64,000 bases of DNA from Candidatus Zixiibacteriota bacterium (GCA_037441845.1 JBBIRK010000001.1:305284-369283); one strand, 5' to 3'; counted from the first letter of the stretch, positions 10,187 through 21,242 are shown. Notes: generated from the sequence alone by a model not told the origin. Translations and numbers: made by a program.

Positions 10187-10696
10187 ATGGATGTCGAAAA
10201 CGCAATCAAAACGGCGATCGAATACGAAACGAGGGTAAGGGCGGTTTACGCGGAAGCGGCGGAGATGATCGCCGATGAAACCGGCAAGAAAGTAATTACG
10301 GCGCTTGCCGACGAAGAACAAAACCACGTCAACTACCTGAAAACGAGGCTTCGGCAATGGCACGAGCAAGGGACTCTGGTTCCCGAGAGGCTGAATACGG
10401 TGGTGCCCGATAGGAAAACGATCGGCGAGGGAGTCAAGAAGCTGAAAGGACACATGACGGTGGCCGACAGGGATGCTCAATTGCAATTACTGTGGAAAGC
10501 GCTCGAAGTGGAAATCGAGACCAGTAATTTTTATAAGCAGATGGTCAGTCAACTCGAGGCCGGGCCGCAGAAGATGTTCGCCCGTTTCCTGGAAATCGAG
10601 GACGGCCATCAGGCGATAGTCAAAGCCGAAATCGACGCTTTAACCGGGATGGGTGTTTGGTTCGATTTCGTTGAGTTCGATCTCGAGGCCAACTGA
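10187..10696 (+). CDS. Ferritin-like / rubrerythrin-family diiron protein
   Basis: AIEYE...Y, LADEEQNH, ALEVE...FY, EIEDGH (two E..ExxH units); AAAGGAG SD. Confidence 0.85.
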   Translation: MDVENAIKTAIEYETRVRAVYAEAAEMIADETGKKVITALADEEQNHVNYLKTRLRQWHEQGTLVPERLNTVVPDRKTIGEGVKKLKGHMTVADRDAQLQLLWKALEVEIETSNFYKQMVSQLEAGPQKMFARFLEIEDGHQAIVKAEIDALTGMGVWFDFVEFDLEAN

Positions 10697-10725
10697 AGGA
10701 AAACGATCGACGAAAGGATGAGCGT

Positions 10726-11232
10726 ATGGAAAACAAAATCATTATCGAGGGGATCAAAAAAGCCATGCAGGCCGAATGGGACGGCCATAATTTCTATAAA
10801 ATGGCCGCCGATAAAACCACCGATAAAACCGCCAAAGACGTATTCGCATCATTAGCGAAAGACGAACTCGATCATCTGAACTTTCTAAAAGCTCAATACA
10901 AGTCTTTCAAACAATCCGGAAAGCCCGATAGCAATGTCAAGCTGACAAAACCGAAGTGGCTGGAAAGCTCCAGCGCCATTTTTTCGGAGGATTTCAAGAA
11001 GCGGCTTGCCGAAGCCCATTTCGAGGTAAGCGCACTGGCTATCGCAGCCCAGCTCGAGTTGAATTCGATCAACTATTACCGGGCCGAGGCCGATAAATCG
11101 ACCGATCCGACCGTGAAAGATTTCTACCTTAAACTGGCCGATTGGGAATTATCGCACCATCGCCTATTGCTCGAACAGCAGAAGCAGGTTCAGGAAGACT
11201 ATTGGTTCAAGAGCAATTTTTATCCGTTTTAG
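10726..11232 (+). CDS. Ferritin-like / rubrerythrin-family diiron protein
   Basis: AMQAE...FY, LAKDELDH, AAQLE...YY, LADWELSH. Confidence 0.85.
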   Translation: MENKIIIEGIKKAMQAEWDGHNFYKMAADKTTDKTAKDVFASLAKDELDHLNFLKAQYKSFKQSGKPDSNVKLTKPKWLESSSAIFSEDFKKRLAEAHFEVSALAIAAQLELNSINYYRAEADKSTDPTVKDFYLKLADWELSHHRLLLEQQKQVQEDYWFKSNFYPF

Positions 11233-11530
11233 TTTAGGATAAATATCGCATCGTTCTAAAAGAAGGACAAGCTAATACCGTATAGGCCCAAAGCATAAAG
11301 GGGGTGTTGCTGCCGATGCTGTGGGCGCAAGTCAACCGCCCTGTTCCGCCTGATATGCCGGATATCGACACACAAACACATTCAAACATGGATGGATCGA
11401 TGAAATCGCAATCTCGGGACACGGGTTGGAATCTCGATAGTTACCAAACGACATCTTATCGAAATACTTGCCAATGTTCGTCGAAATCGCCTATTTTAGG
11501 CACGATATCTAACAAACAACGAAAGGCGGC

Positions 11531-13243
11531 TTGGTGATCGCATTAGTCGTGATAATAACGATGCTGCTGCTTCTCATAGCTTATCGATTTTATGGGCGTT
11601 TTCTGGCCCGGGAGCTGAAGCTCGACGACAGGACGCCGACGCCCGCTTGCGTGGTCAATGATGGTATCGATTTCGTGCCGGCAAAGGCCTCTTTTTTATT
11701 GGGTCAGCATTTCTCGGCGATTGCTGCGGCCGGCCCGATCGTCGGGCCGATCTTGGCCGGAATCTGGTTCGGCTGGCTGCCGGCCTTGCTCTGGATCGTT
11801 TTCGGTGCCATCTTTATCGGAGGCGTTCACGATTTCACCAGCCTGGTGGCATCGGTGCGCCGGAAAGCGGCCACTATCGCCACGATCGTCCGCGAAAACA
11901 TGTCTAAAACGTCCTACTCGTTATTCATGATTTTCGTTTGGCTCTGCCTCGTATATGTCATAATCGCTTTCACCGATATCACCGCGCAGACATTCAAGAC
12001 CGTCACCGGCGAGGCGGCGTTCGGCCCGGGAGTAGCCGCCAGCTCGATCATGTATATCGCGCTGGCCATGATAATGGGAGTTCTGATTCGCAAATTCGGT
12101 CTGGGCACCGGGATCGCCACTTTAATTTTTCTTCCGCTGGTCATTCTAATCGTATGGCTGGGTCCACGGCTGCCGGTTTCTGTTTTGAATTTCTTTCAAG
12201 GCATTCCGGTCAAGAGCTGGGATATTATCATCTTGATCTATTGTTTCGCCGCCTCGGTCATTCCGATGTGGCTGCTTTTGCAACCGCGCGGGTATCTGGG
12301 CGGGTGGTTATTATATCTGACTATCGCAATCGGTCTGGTCGGAGCCTTGTTCGGTGGATTCGGCATTCAATACCCGCCTTTGAATATTTCCGGTTTACAG
12401 AGCATTGCGAACGGGAAGTTGCTTTTTCCGATTCTGTTCATCACCGTGGCCTGCGGAGCCTGTTCCGGTTTCCATAGCATTGTCAGTTCCGGCACCACAT
12501 CCAAGCAACTCGCCAAAGAAACTGATGCCCGTGCGGTCGGCTACGGAGCCATGTTGCTTGAGGCGTTGGTAGCGGTATTGGCGCTGGCCACGGTCATGAT
12601 GCTTCCCAAAGGGTCCGAGATGCTGGCCAAAGATCCAAATCTGGTTTATGCCAACGGCCTCGCCCGCTATCTCGGTTTGATTGGTGTCGGATTCAATGTC
12701 GCGTTTCCGTTTGCGTTGCTGGCATTTTCCACTTTCGTTTACGACACTTTGGACGTATGCACCCGCCTTGGTCGTTACGTATTTCAGGAATTGACCGGAC
12801 TTTCCGGCAGAATCGGCGGCATCATCGCCTCTATGGCTACGCTTCTGTTGCCCTTATTATTCCTCATGCTTACCAAGGAAAAAGGTTATCTGGTGGCATG
12901 GCCGATTTTCGGCACGTCCAACCAGCTTCTGGCGGGATTGACCTTGATGGCGATTTCGGTATGGCTGGTAAAACAAGGGAAAAGAGCGATCTACGCGATC
13001 CTACCCATGATATTTATGATAAGCATGACCATCTGGTCATTGATCCTTCAGATAATCCCATTCGTTCGTGAATGGCCGAACTTGATGAACGGCGGTTCCA
13101 TCAAGCCAGACATTTTCATTTCGGGAATCTTTGGTTTTATCCTGCTTATTCTCGCCGCCTGGCTTTTGGCCGAATCGCGGATCGTTTTTCGGGGAGATTC
13201 CGGATTAAAAGCCAATAGCCCACAAACGACGGCGGCAAAATAA
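11531..13243 (+). CDS. cstA: Carbon starvation protein A (peptide/pyruvate transporter)
   Basis: TPA..NDGIDFVP, GQHFSAIAAAGPIVGP, GGVHDF, WLLLQPRGYL, ITVACGACSGFHS, GYGAMLLE, WPIFGTSNQLLA. Confidence 0.95.
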   Translation: MVIALVVIITMLLLLIAYRFYGRFLARELKLDDRTPTPACVVNDGIDFVPAKASFLLGQHFSAIAAAGPIVGPILAGIWFGWLPALLWIVFGAIFIGGVHDFTSLVASVRRKAATIATIVRENMSKTSYSLFMIFVWLCLVYVIIAFTDITAQTFKTVTGEAAFGPGVAASSIMYIALAMIMGVLIRKFGLGTGIATLIFLPLVILIVWLGPRLPVSVLNFFQGIPVKSWDIIILIYCFAASVIPMWLLLQPRGYLGGWLLYLTIAIGLVGALFGGFGIQYPPLNISGLQSIANGKLLFPILFITVACGACSGFHSIVSSGTTSKQLAKETDARAVGYGAMLLEALVAVLALATVMMLPKGSEMLAKDPNLVYANGLARYLGLIGVGFNVAFPFALLAFSTFVYDTLDVCTRLGRYVFQELTGLSGRIGGIIASMATLLLPLLFLMLTKEKGYLVAWPIFGTSNQLLAGLTLMAISVWLVKQGKRAIYAILPMIFMISMTIWSLILQIIPFVREWPNLMNGGSIKPDIFISGIFGFILLILAAWLLAESRIVFRGDSGLKANSPQTTAAK

Positions 13244-13274
13244 AAAGGGATCGATAGCTGTCGAATCGATCCCT
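13242..13274 (-). terminator. Intrinsic terminator between convergent cstA and the DUF1573-like gene
   Basis: AGGGATCGAT-N9-ATCGATCCCT inverted repeat preceded by an A-run (U-tract on the minus strand). Confidence 0.6.
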
Positions 13275-13294
13275 GAATCGCCTATTTTCAAATG

Positions 13295-14101
13295 CTATTT
13301 GCCGGCCGGCTTATCCAGTTGTTTTCCGACCGGCTTTATCGCATCTTTCACCGTCGTCGGATTGTTTTGCTGGGGTGGTTTTGTGGCTTGCGACGGCGCT
13401 GGTTGCGGCGATGTTCCTTTAACCACGACCGGCACGGACAACCGTTCGATAGGCGACCCCTCGACCGCGAACGTAATCGTTTTTTTCAGGTCTTTTTCGG
13501 GAAAATCGCCTTTCCATTCGAATTCAAGCACACCTTTATTATCTGAAGCGATCTTATTATCCTTGACTTTCAACTTAAGATGGTCGATGATCCCGGCGAT
13601 AGGCCGTAAGGTTATTTCCTCCCGCCCTCTATTTTCCAGTTCCGCTCTTATTTTCTTGGTCTTTTGATCAAATTCGACTTTCTCCGGATTGAGCCAAACG
13701 CGAACCGAAGTATCCGCCGATGCGAAAACATTCGCCCGAAAACTTATCAATATTTTCGCGGCGGCCGAATCGCTGCTCAAAACGCTGGCGCTTTTGCCGA
13801 CTTTGCCTTTAGTCAAACCTGTGTTGAATATCAACTCCACGACCGTGGATTCGCCTGGTGCAAGAACGTTTTTCTGCACCGGAGCCGAGGTGCAGCCTCA
13901 GCCGGGCTTGACGATGATATTCCGCAAGGTATCATCGCCGATATTCTTTATCCAATACTCGTGAGAAACAGTGCTTTGCTGCGGAACCACACCGAAATCC
14001 CATTCCTTTTCCGGAACGCTGATAACCGCCCCGCCTAATACAGACGAGTATATCGCAGCGGTGAAAAGACCGATTGCGAGCGATACCGTTGATCGATTCA
14101 T
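13295..14101 (-). CDS. Exported DUF1573-like Ig-fold protein with an in-frame TGA (13898-13900); candidate selenoprotein, U-G-C motif, 268 aa
   Basis: ORFs 13898..14101 and 13295..13879 share a frame and join as signal peptide-WDFGVV...IKNIGDDTL...VKPG*GCTSAPVQKNVLAPGES; the TGA occupies the first Cys of the usual CGCT motif. Confidence 0.8.
13874..13897 (-). promoter_or_regulatory. Candidate SECIS-like hairpin immediately 3' of the UGA
   Basis: mRNA reads UGA-GG-CUGCACC-UCGGCUCC-GGUGCAG, a perfect 7-bp stem. Confidence 0.5.
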
Positions 14102-14282
14102 GTTGACATCTCCGGACTAACTATCGTCAGAACCACCTTATTGGTAATATCGCCGATTATTTTAAGTTGTCAAATAAAATTCGTAAATTAGCCGCGCTTC
14201 GAGCAAACAGAAAAGCAATCCTTGTGGTTTTGTTCTATGATTTGGACAACTTTCTGTTCCACAGTGGATAATATATAAAGGC

Positions 14283-14311
14283 TTGACGAGGCGGTCGGCT
14301 ATCGTTAAAAT
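14283..14311 (+). promoter_or_regulatory. sigma70-type promoter of gatC (very short leader)
   Basis: TTGACG-N17-TAAAAT ending 9 nt before the ATG; no SD. Confidence 0.6.
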
Positions 14312-14320
14312 AAGAAACAT

Positions 14321-14626
14321 ATGGCACTGACCGAGGACGATGTCGATAAGATAGCCCGTTTGGCGCGGCTTAAACCAACCCCCGAGGAAAAGCGGAAGCT
14401 GCTGGAGGATTTGAATAAGATCCTCGAATATATGAAAGTTATCGACGAAATCGACGTCTCCGGGGTCGAGGAGATGTCTCATGCGGCGCAGCTTTCCACG
14501 CCGTTCAGAGAAGACTTTATCAAACAGGGACTTACCCAAGACGAGGCGCTGCTTAATGCGCCCGATGTCAAAGACGGTTACATCGTCGTGCCCAAAGTAA
14601 TCGAACTTGACCGTTCTGAAACATAA
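14321..14626 (+). CDS. gatC: Asp/Glu-tRNA amidotransferase subunit C
   Basis: DVDKIARLARL...LNKILEY...EIDVSGVEEMSH...FRED...LLNAP...GYIVVPKVI. Confidence 0.95.
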   Translation: MALTEDDVDKIARLARLKPTPEEKRKLLEDLNKILEYMKVIDEIDVSGVEEMSHAAQLSTPFREDFIKQGLTQDEALLNAPDVKDGYIVVPKVIELDRSET

Positions 14627-14733
14627 TCCAACCTCGTTGTTTCACATATTAATCATAGACAAAATCACCTCCTAAATAATGGCGATAGGTTTCCGAATTC
14701 GAAGAAAAACGCATTATTACAAATGGAGGAGAT

Positions 14734-15585
14734 ATGTTCAAGAAACTAAGCATTATCGCTCTGATTCCGCTATTAGCGATCGTCATCGCCGGTTGCAGCG
14801 AAAATTCCAGTCAGTCTGCGGGATTGACTCCGGGCGACCCGAACGACCCGAACTTCCTCAAGGCGCAGGAAACAGCCGATGATTTCAGCGAGCAGTTTAT
14901 CGGGAGTATGAACGAAGGACTCAATTATGTTTACTTTCAAGGCGGCATGCTGAGACCTGCGGACACTTCTCTTATTACCTACGACGAAGAATCCTCATGG
15001 TGGATTCTCGTTGTTGATAGGCTGACGGATCCCGCTTTCACGCCTTTTTATATGGTGGACAGCGTCCGCTTCAGCGCCGATGGAGAATATCAGCAATATC
15101 CCGACGAATCCACCACGACTATAGATTACAAATTCTGGGCTGAATTTCATCCGGAGGCCTCCGAGGACACCGCGCTGGATGTTTTCGCCCACAACGATTG
15201 CTCTTTCGATGGGTTCACCGGCGATACCGTCGTTGTCAACGGTTCCACCGACTATTCCATAGAGGGAACAATAGGGGATGTCGAGGTGGAATTTTCGCTT
15301 TCGGGTGACGCCGAAGATATCGAATTCCTGCGGGCGAATATCAACGGTGACGGCACCCACCCGGTGGACGGCAGATTGAGCTTGACGCTTACGATGCACA
15401 CCGCTGGTCAGATCGGAGACTTTCCGGCGGTGGACGGCACCTGGACTTTGGTGTTGAGTTTCGACGAGGAGGGTTACGACGCCAGACTCGAATCGGGCCA
15501 GAACTACTGGCAATGGTCGAGAACCTGGGACGAAATCATGCGCACCGGCAGGAACCCTCTGAAGGCGGCATTCGGCTTGAATTAA
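14734..15585 (+). CDS. Acidic hypothetical lipoprotein
   Basis: GGAGG SD; MFKK + hydrophobic core + IAG-C lipobox; D/E-rich, beta-rich mature part. Confidence 0.8.
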   Translation: MFKKLSIIALIPLLAIVIAGCSENSSQSAGLTPGDPNDPNFLKAQETADDFSEQFIGSMNEGLNYVYFQGGMLRPADTSLITYDEESSWWILVVDRLTDPAFTPFYMVDSVRFSADGEYQQYPDESTTTIDYKFWAEFHPEASEDTALDVFAHNDCSFDGFTGDTVVVNGSTDYSIEGTIGDVEVEFSLSGDAEDIEFLRANINGDGTHPVDGRLSLTLTMHTAGQIGDFPAVDGTWTLVLSFDEEGYDARLESGQNYWQWSRTWDEIMRTGRNPLKAAFGLN

Positions 15586-15609
15586 GCCGAGCACGATATA
15601 ATCGAGAAG

Positions 15610-15643
15610 AAAAAAGCGTCCGATTCATTCGGACGCTTTTTTT
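15610..15643 (+). terminator. Intrinsic terminator
   Basis: AAAAAAGCGTCCGA-TTCAT-TCGGACGCTTTTTTT. Confidence 0.85.
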
Positions 15644-15851
15644 CGGCCCCGATAGCTTACTGGGCAACTTTATCTTTTTCAAAATAGTTTATTTCATATT
15701 AATAAAACCGACTCGGATACCGCCGAAGCATCGGCATCGACAAAAATATGCCGGTTCAATCTCGAATCATCAATACCGGTATAGAACATGTTGCGCAAGA
15801 AATCCGCCATTCAGCAGCGGCTTAACCCAAAAAACATGAAAGGAACGGACT

Positions 15852-17810
15852 ATGGCCGACTCAAAATCGATGGATACCGTGCTGAACGAATCAAGGCAAT
15901 TTCCTCCTCCAAAAGAATTCTCGCTTAAAAGCAATCTTAGCAGCAAGGATATCTATGCCGAGCTTTACCATGAAAGTATCAACGATCCCGAAGCGTTCTG
16001 GTCGAAAATCGCCGCGGAATTGCATTGGTTCCGGTCTTGGGACAGCGTTCTGGACTCATCCGATGCCCCCTTCTATAAATGGTTCAAGGGCGGCCAGACC
16101 AATATCGCCTACAACTGCCTCGATCGCCATCTTTCGTCGGTGATTCGCAATAAGGCGGCGATTATATGGGAAGGCGAACCCGGCGATCAAAGAGTTTTCA
16201 CTTATTATGATCTATGGCGCGATGTCAACCGTTTCGCCGATGCCTTGAAGCGGCTGGGGATAAATAAGGGAGATAAGGTGGCCATTTATCTGCCGATGAT
16301 TCCGGAGCTGGCTGTCAGCATGCTTGCCTGCGCCAGAATAGGCGCCGTACATACGGTCATTTTCGCTGGTTTTTCGGCCGAGGCGATACGCGATCGGGTG
16401 ACCGATTGTCAGGCGAAATTGGTGATAACCGCCGATGGTTCCTGGCGACGGGGAAATGTCCTGCCCTTGAAAAATATAGTTGACCAAGCCGTGGCCGGCT
16501 GCGACTGCGTGACTGATGTCATCATCGTGCGCCGCTCGAACTGGATGTCATATCCCTGCCATATCCGCGAGGGACGGGATCACTGGTATCACCGCCTTCT
16601 CGAAAACGCCTCCTTGAGATCCCCGGCCGAGCCTATCGAGAGCGAGGATATGTTGTTTCTGCTTTATACCAGCGGCACCACCGGCAAACCCAAAGGGATC
16701 ATACACACGACCGGCGGCTACATGGTCTATGCCTATTTGACCATGAAATACGTATTCGATATCAAGCCTGAAGACGTGCATTGGTGCACCGCCGATATCG
16801 GCTGGGTCACCGGGCACAGTTACACGATCTACGGTCCCCTTCTGAACGGCTCCACCTGCCTCATGTACGAGGGGTCGCCTGATTGGCCGGAGCGCGACCG
16901 ATTCTGGGAGCTGATCGAGCGCTATGGAGTCACCATTTTCTATACGGCGCCCACGGCAATCAGAACATTCATGAAATGGGGCGATGAATTACCCAAAAAG
17001 CGCGATCTTTCGTCTTTGCGCTTGCTCGGGACTGTGGGCGAACCGATCAACCCCGAAGCCTGGATCTGGTATCACCAGATAATCGGAGGCGGCCGCTGCC
17101 CGATTGTCGACACCTGGTGGCAAACCGAAACCGGAGGAATCATGATTTCGCCGTTGCCCGGAATTACCCCCACCAAGCCCGGCAGCGCCACGATACCGTT
17201 TTTCGGTATCGATCCGGCCATACTCGATGAAGGCGGCAGGGAAGTCGCGGCCGGCCTGCTGGCGATTAAGAAGCCTTGGCCCGGCATGTTGAGAGGAATC
17301 TATGGCGATCCCGAACGATACAAGTCAATCTATTGGTCGAAGTGGCCGGGATATTATTTCCCTGGAGACGGCGCCCGCAGGGATGCCGATGGCTACTACT
17401 GGATTTTAGGACGGGTCGATGATGTGGTCAACGTCGCCGGGCACAGAATCGGAACCGCGGAACTGGAAAGTGTCTTTATCGAACATAAGGCGGTGGCCGA
17501 GGCGGCCGTTATCGGAGTAAACCATCATATCAAAGGGCAAGGATTGGTTGCTTTCGTTACCCCCAGGGAATCCGCCAAAGCCGATCAAAATCTGGCAACC
17601 GCCCTAAAGGATATGATCTCCAGGAAAATCGGCAAATTCGCAGTCCCTGAGCGGATCATATTTTCGACCGATCTTCCCAAGACACGCTCGGGAAAGATCA
17701 TGAGGCGTCTGCTCAGGGATATCGCCGAGGGAGGCGTTCTCGGTAATGTCACTACACTTGCGGATCCGGGCGTTATCGATGCCTTGAAAGCCAAATACGA
17801 GGAAGACTGA
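15852..17810 (+). CDS. acs: Acetyl-CoA synthetase
   Basis: [56 protein letters not shown]. Confidence 0.97.
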   Translation: MADSKSMDTVLNESRQFPPPKEFSLKSNLSSKDIYAELYHESINDPEAFWSKIAAELHWFRSWDSVLDSSDAPFYKWFKGGQTNIAYNCLDRHLSSVIRNKAAIIWEGEPGDQRVFTYYDLWRDVNRFADALKRLGINKGDKVAIYLPMIPELAVSMLACARIGAVHTVIFAGFSAEAIRDRVTDCQAKLVITADGSWRRGNVLPLKNIVDQAVAGCDCVTDVIIVRRSNWMSYPCHIREGRDHWYHRLLENASLRSPAEPIESEDMLFLLYTSGTTGKPKGIIHTTGGYMVYAYLTMKYVFDIKPEDVHWCTADIGWVTGHSYTIYGPLLNGSTCLMYEGSPDWPERDRFWELIERYGVTIFYTAPTAIRTFMKWGDELPKKRDLSSLRLLGTVGEPINPEAWIWYHQIIGGGRCPIVDTWWQTETGGIMISPLPGITPTKPGSATIPFFGIDPAILDEGGREVAAGLLAIKKPWPGMLRGIYGDPERYKSIYWSKWPGYYFPGDGARRDADGYYWILGRVDDVVNVAGHRIGTAELESVFIEHKAVAEAAVIGVNHHIKGQGLVAFVTPRESAKADQNLATALKDMISRKIGKFAVPERIIFSTDLPKTRSGKIMRRLLRDIAEGGVLGNVTTLADPGVIDALKAKYEED

Positions 17811-17928
17811 TCCGGCCGCCTCGTAGGCATTGACGCAGGATATGATCGGCCGTTGGTAAAAAGGATAAACGATAAAACCGAGCCGGTCGCTATGAACCGG
17901 CAGATTCGAAAATCGATCGCTATTTAAT

Positions 17929-18957
17929 TCAATCGCGGCGCGATCGCAGCAAGACCTTGGTGAACGACTGAAGATTTTCGAGACACTTGCCGGTGCCGCG
18001 GACGACGCAGGTGAGCGGATCGTCGGCGACTATGACCGGCAGGTTTGTCTCCTGGCGCAATCGCCTGTCCAGCCCCTTTATCAAGGCGCCGCCTCCGGTC
18101 AAAATGATCCCTCTTTCGAGAATATCCGAGGCGAGTTCCGGCGGCGTTTGCTCCAATGCCTGACGAACACCATCGACTATGGCGTCAATCGGCTCGGCGA
18201 TCGCCTCCCGCACCTGAGATGAGCTGATTTTCATCGTCTTGGGGACGCCGGCAACGAGATCGCGCCCTTTGATATCCATCGATTCCTCTTTCTCGAGCGG
18301 GAAAGCGGAGCCGATTTTGATCTTGATCTCCTCGGCAGTGCGTTCGCCGATAAGCAGGTTGTAATTCTTTTTCAGATAATTGACGATGGCTTCATCCAGC
18401 TCATCGCCGGCGATGCGGATCGAGATATTGGATACAATGCCGGAAAGAGCGATCACCGCTATTTCCGATGTTCCGCCGCCTATATCGATTATCATCGAAC
18501 CTGTCGGCAAATCCACCGGCAAACCGACGCCGATCGCCGCCGCCATCGGTTCCTGAATCAGAAACACCTCGCGCGCCCCGGCGTTTTCCGCGGAATCGCG
18601 CACCGCTCTTTTTTCGACCTCGGTAATCCCCGACGGCACAGAGATGATGATTTTGGGCTTCATCAGGTAGCGGTGGCGCACCACCCTCTTGATGAAATCC
18701 GAAAGCATCCGTTCGGTGACTTCGAAATCGGCTATGACTCCATCTTTAAGCGGCCTGATAGCCGATACGTTTTCGGGGGTCCGCCCTATCATTTCCTTGG
18801 CGGCCATGCCGACAGCCAAAATTTTGCCCGAATCCTTTTCGATGGCCACCACCGATGGTTCGTTTAAAACAATTCCGGCACCGCGCACGTAAACGAGAGT
18901 GTTTGCGGTGCCGAGATCTATTCCGATATCGTTGGAAAACGCATTAAACCAGCCCAT
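17929..18957 (-). CDS. mreB: Rod shape-determining protein MreB
   Basis: [47 protein letters not shown] at 18957 follows AGGAGA. Confidence 0.96.
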   Translation of the reverse strand: MGWFNAFSNDIGIDLGTANTLVYVRGAGIVLNEPSVVAIEKDSGKILAVGMAAKEMIGRTPENVSAIRPLKDGVIADFEVTERMLSDFIKRVVRHRYLMKPKIIISVPSGITEVEKRAVRDSAENAGAREVFLIQEPMAAAIGVGLPVDLPTGSMIIDIGGGTSEIAVIALSGIVSNISIRIAGDELDEAIVNYLKKNYNLLIGERTAEEIKIKIGSAFPLEKEESMDIKGRDLVAGVPKTMKISSSQVREAIAEPIDAIVDGVRQALEQTPPELASDILERGIILTGGGALIKGLDRRLRQETNLPVIVADDPLTCVVRGTGKCLENLQSFTKVLLRSRRD

Positions 18958-19185
18958 TTCTCTCCTGTTTGTCCTAAAGGTTACTTCCTGATTTTGGGCT
19001 GGGGCAATTATAGTCTCTGGCATAATCAATGTAAACAGTTTTTTGTTATTATCTTTTTAATCAATTTCGGAATAGCAAAGTGATTCTTGATTTCCCTGAC
19101 GAATATTATGGTTGGAAAGCTTCGACTTTAATCAATTTTAGGAAATACCCGACCGCAATCGACGGCAGAATCGAAAAAGGGATGT

Positions 19186-20001
19186 CTATCCATTCCCCGG
19201 ATTGTTATCGCCATCGGTGATGGGACCGCGGGCTTGACCGTTTATGAACTGCTGCACGATCGGATTGTCGCAATTGCGGATTTCCTCGGGGGTGCCGCTG
19301 TAAATTATCCTGCCGCCATACAACATTGCGATCCGATCTGATATCTTGTAAGCCGATACCATATCGTGGGTTACGGCGATAGAGGTGATTTTAAGGCTGT
19401 TTTTAAGATGCAGAATCAAATTATTGATGGCATCGGCGTTGATCGGATCCAGACCGGTGGTCGGCTCATCATACAGCACTATTTCCGGATCCATCGCAAT
19501 CGCCCGAGCCAGGCCGACGCGTTTTTTCATCCCTCCGGACAGCTCCGCAGGTTTGACCGTCTCGACATTGAAAAGCCCGACCTGGGCGAGTTTTTCTTTC
19601 ACGATCGCCCTTATCTTTTCCTCGGCCATATCGGTGTGTTCCCGCAGGCCGATTCCCACGTTTTCATCTACCGTCATCGAATCGAAAAGAGCGGCGCCTT
19701 GAAACAGCATCCCGAAACGACGGCGCACTTCCGCCAATTCCTTGTTGCTTATCCGGGTGATATCGATACCATCGATATAAACCGATCCCGAATCCGGTTT
19801 CATAAGGCCGATAATATGTTTGAGAAGCACCGACTTGCCCTCGCCCGAACGACCGATTATGGTTAATGTCTCGCCGCGGTTGATGACCAAATCGACACCG
19901 TTGAGCACCGGCTTTCCGTTCAGACGCTTATGAAGATTCACGATCCGGATTGCGGATTCGGCCACCGCTTGTCCGGCATTCAAAGTCGTCGCCTGGATCA
20001 T
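19186..20001 (-). CDS. mlaF: MlaF/Ttg2A-type ABC transporter ATPase
   Basis: GRSGEGKS Walker A; FQGAALFDSM; LSGGMKKRVGLARA; YDEPTTGLDP; adjacent to an MlaE gene. Confidence 0.88.
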   Translation of the reverse strand: MIQATTLNAGQAVAESAIRIVNLHKRLNGKPVLNGVDLVINRGETLTIIGRSGEGKSVLLKHIIGLMKPDSGSVYIDGIDITRISNKELAEVRRRFGMLFQGAALFDSMTVDENVGIGLREHTDMAEEKIRAIVKEKLAQVGLFNVETVKPAELSGGMKKRVGLARAIAMDPEIVLYDEPTTGLDPINADAINNLILHLKNSLKITSIAVTHDMVSAYKISDRIAMLYGGRIIYSGTPEEIRNCDNPIVQQFINGQARGPITDGDNNPGNG

Positions 20002-20085
20002 CTTAATTTTCCATGACTCGCCGCTGTTCTCATCTCGACTGAATCAGCTTTTACTTAATCTCTATAGTTTCGGCGTTGACGTTTC

Positions 20086-20862
20086 TCACCCGAACAATAT
20101 CGAGGCGATAATATAATCGGATATCAATATCAGGACGCTGGCCAAAACCACCGCCCGCGTCGTCGAAAGTCCTACCCCCTCGGCGCCGCCATAAGTGCGG
20201 AAACCGTGATAGCAGCCGACCGTGGCGATTATGCCACCGAAAAAAAACGATTTCAGCAGCCCGCCGAAAAGATCCTTCAAATCGAAAAACAGTTTGACGC
20301 CGTTCAGAAAAGTGTAGGCGGTTATATCGATAAAAAAAATGGAGACGAAGAGCGCACCAAGTATCGCCACGAAATTCGAAAATATGGTTAAAACCGGCAG
20401 CATCACAAGACCCGAAACCAACCGCGGTGTCGCCAGATATTTCACCGGATCGAGCGCCAAAGTTTCGAGCGCATCCACTTGTTCGGTGACTTTCATGGTC
20501 CCCAGCTCGGCTGCTATCGCCGCTCCCACTCGTCCGGCCACCACCAGCGCCGTCAGCACCGGCCCGAGTTCGATGATGACCGCTTTGCCGACAGCCGTGC
20601 CGAGATACCGCATGGGCACATATCCGCGGAACTGGTAGGCCGCCTGAACCGCCGAAACCGCCCCGGTGAAAACCGAGGTGAACAGCACCAGCGGCAACGA
20701 GGCCACCCCCATCATCAACATCTGCTCACTGGTCAAACGAAATCGGCGGAACACGAGAGGTATCGCAGCGATCGTGCGTATCGTTAACAATGAGTACGAT
20801 CCGGCCTCGTGAAGAAAAAACATCGCCTTTTCGCCGAATACCCTGACGACCTGTTTTATCAT
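20086..20862 (-). CDS. mlaE: MlaE-type ABC permease
   Basis: ELGPVLTALVVAGRVGAAIAAELGTMKVTEQVDAL; GAEGVG.STT.AVV. Confidence 0.92.
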   Translation of the reverse strand: MIKQVVRVFGEKAMFFLHEAGSYSLLTIRTIAAIPLVFRRFRLTSEQMLMMGVASLPLVLFTSVFTGAVSAVQAAYQFRGYVPMRYLGTAVGKAVIIELGPVLTALVVAGRVGAAIAAELGTMKVTEQVDALETLALDPVKYLATPRLVSGLVMLPVLTIFSNFVAILGALFVSIFFIDITAYTFLNGVKLFFDLKDLFGGLLKSFFFGGIIATVGCYHGFRTYGGAEGVGLSTTRAVVLASVLILISDYIIASILFG

Positions 20863-21242
20863 GAGCGTCCCTTATACAATAACATAGTCGGCAGAAGTTG
20901 ATAGTGCAAGAGCAATATGGCGGTATTCTCTTCTGCTATCGGCAATAAGCGCAAACTCGATCGTTGAAATGAGTGATCATCGGGACGATTCAGCGGATAC
21001 TCTCCAACGATAGGCGTGGAGAACTTATCCTGATTAGCCGCCCCATCGTTCATATTGACAATGATTCACGGCATAATGAATTCGTTTGGCGAACCCGGAA
21101 CAAGGGCGTATTTTATCTAATGATGGCTTATGATCGCGCAGGAAAAGCGCAAATCTCAGGAATAAAGCGGGCAAGCCGCAAAGGTATTTTACGGTCTCAG
21201 GCATCGGCGGAAAGGCCCACCCGCGGCGCCGGAATTATTGGG

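Noticed and set aside
14255..14271. DnaA-box-like pair (TGTTCCACA / TTATCCACT)
   Set aside because: Only two imperfect boxes and no dnaA/dnaN context.
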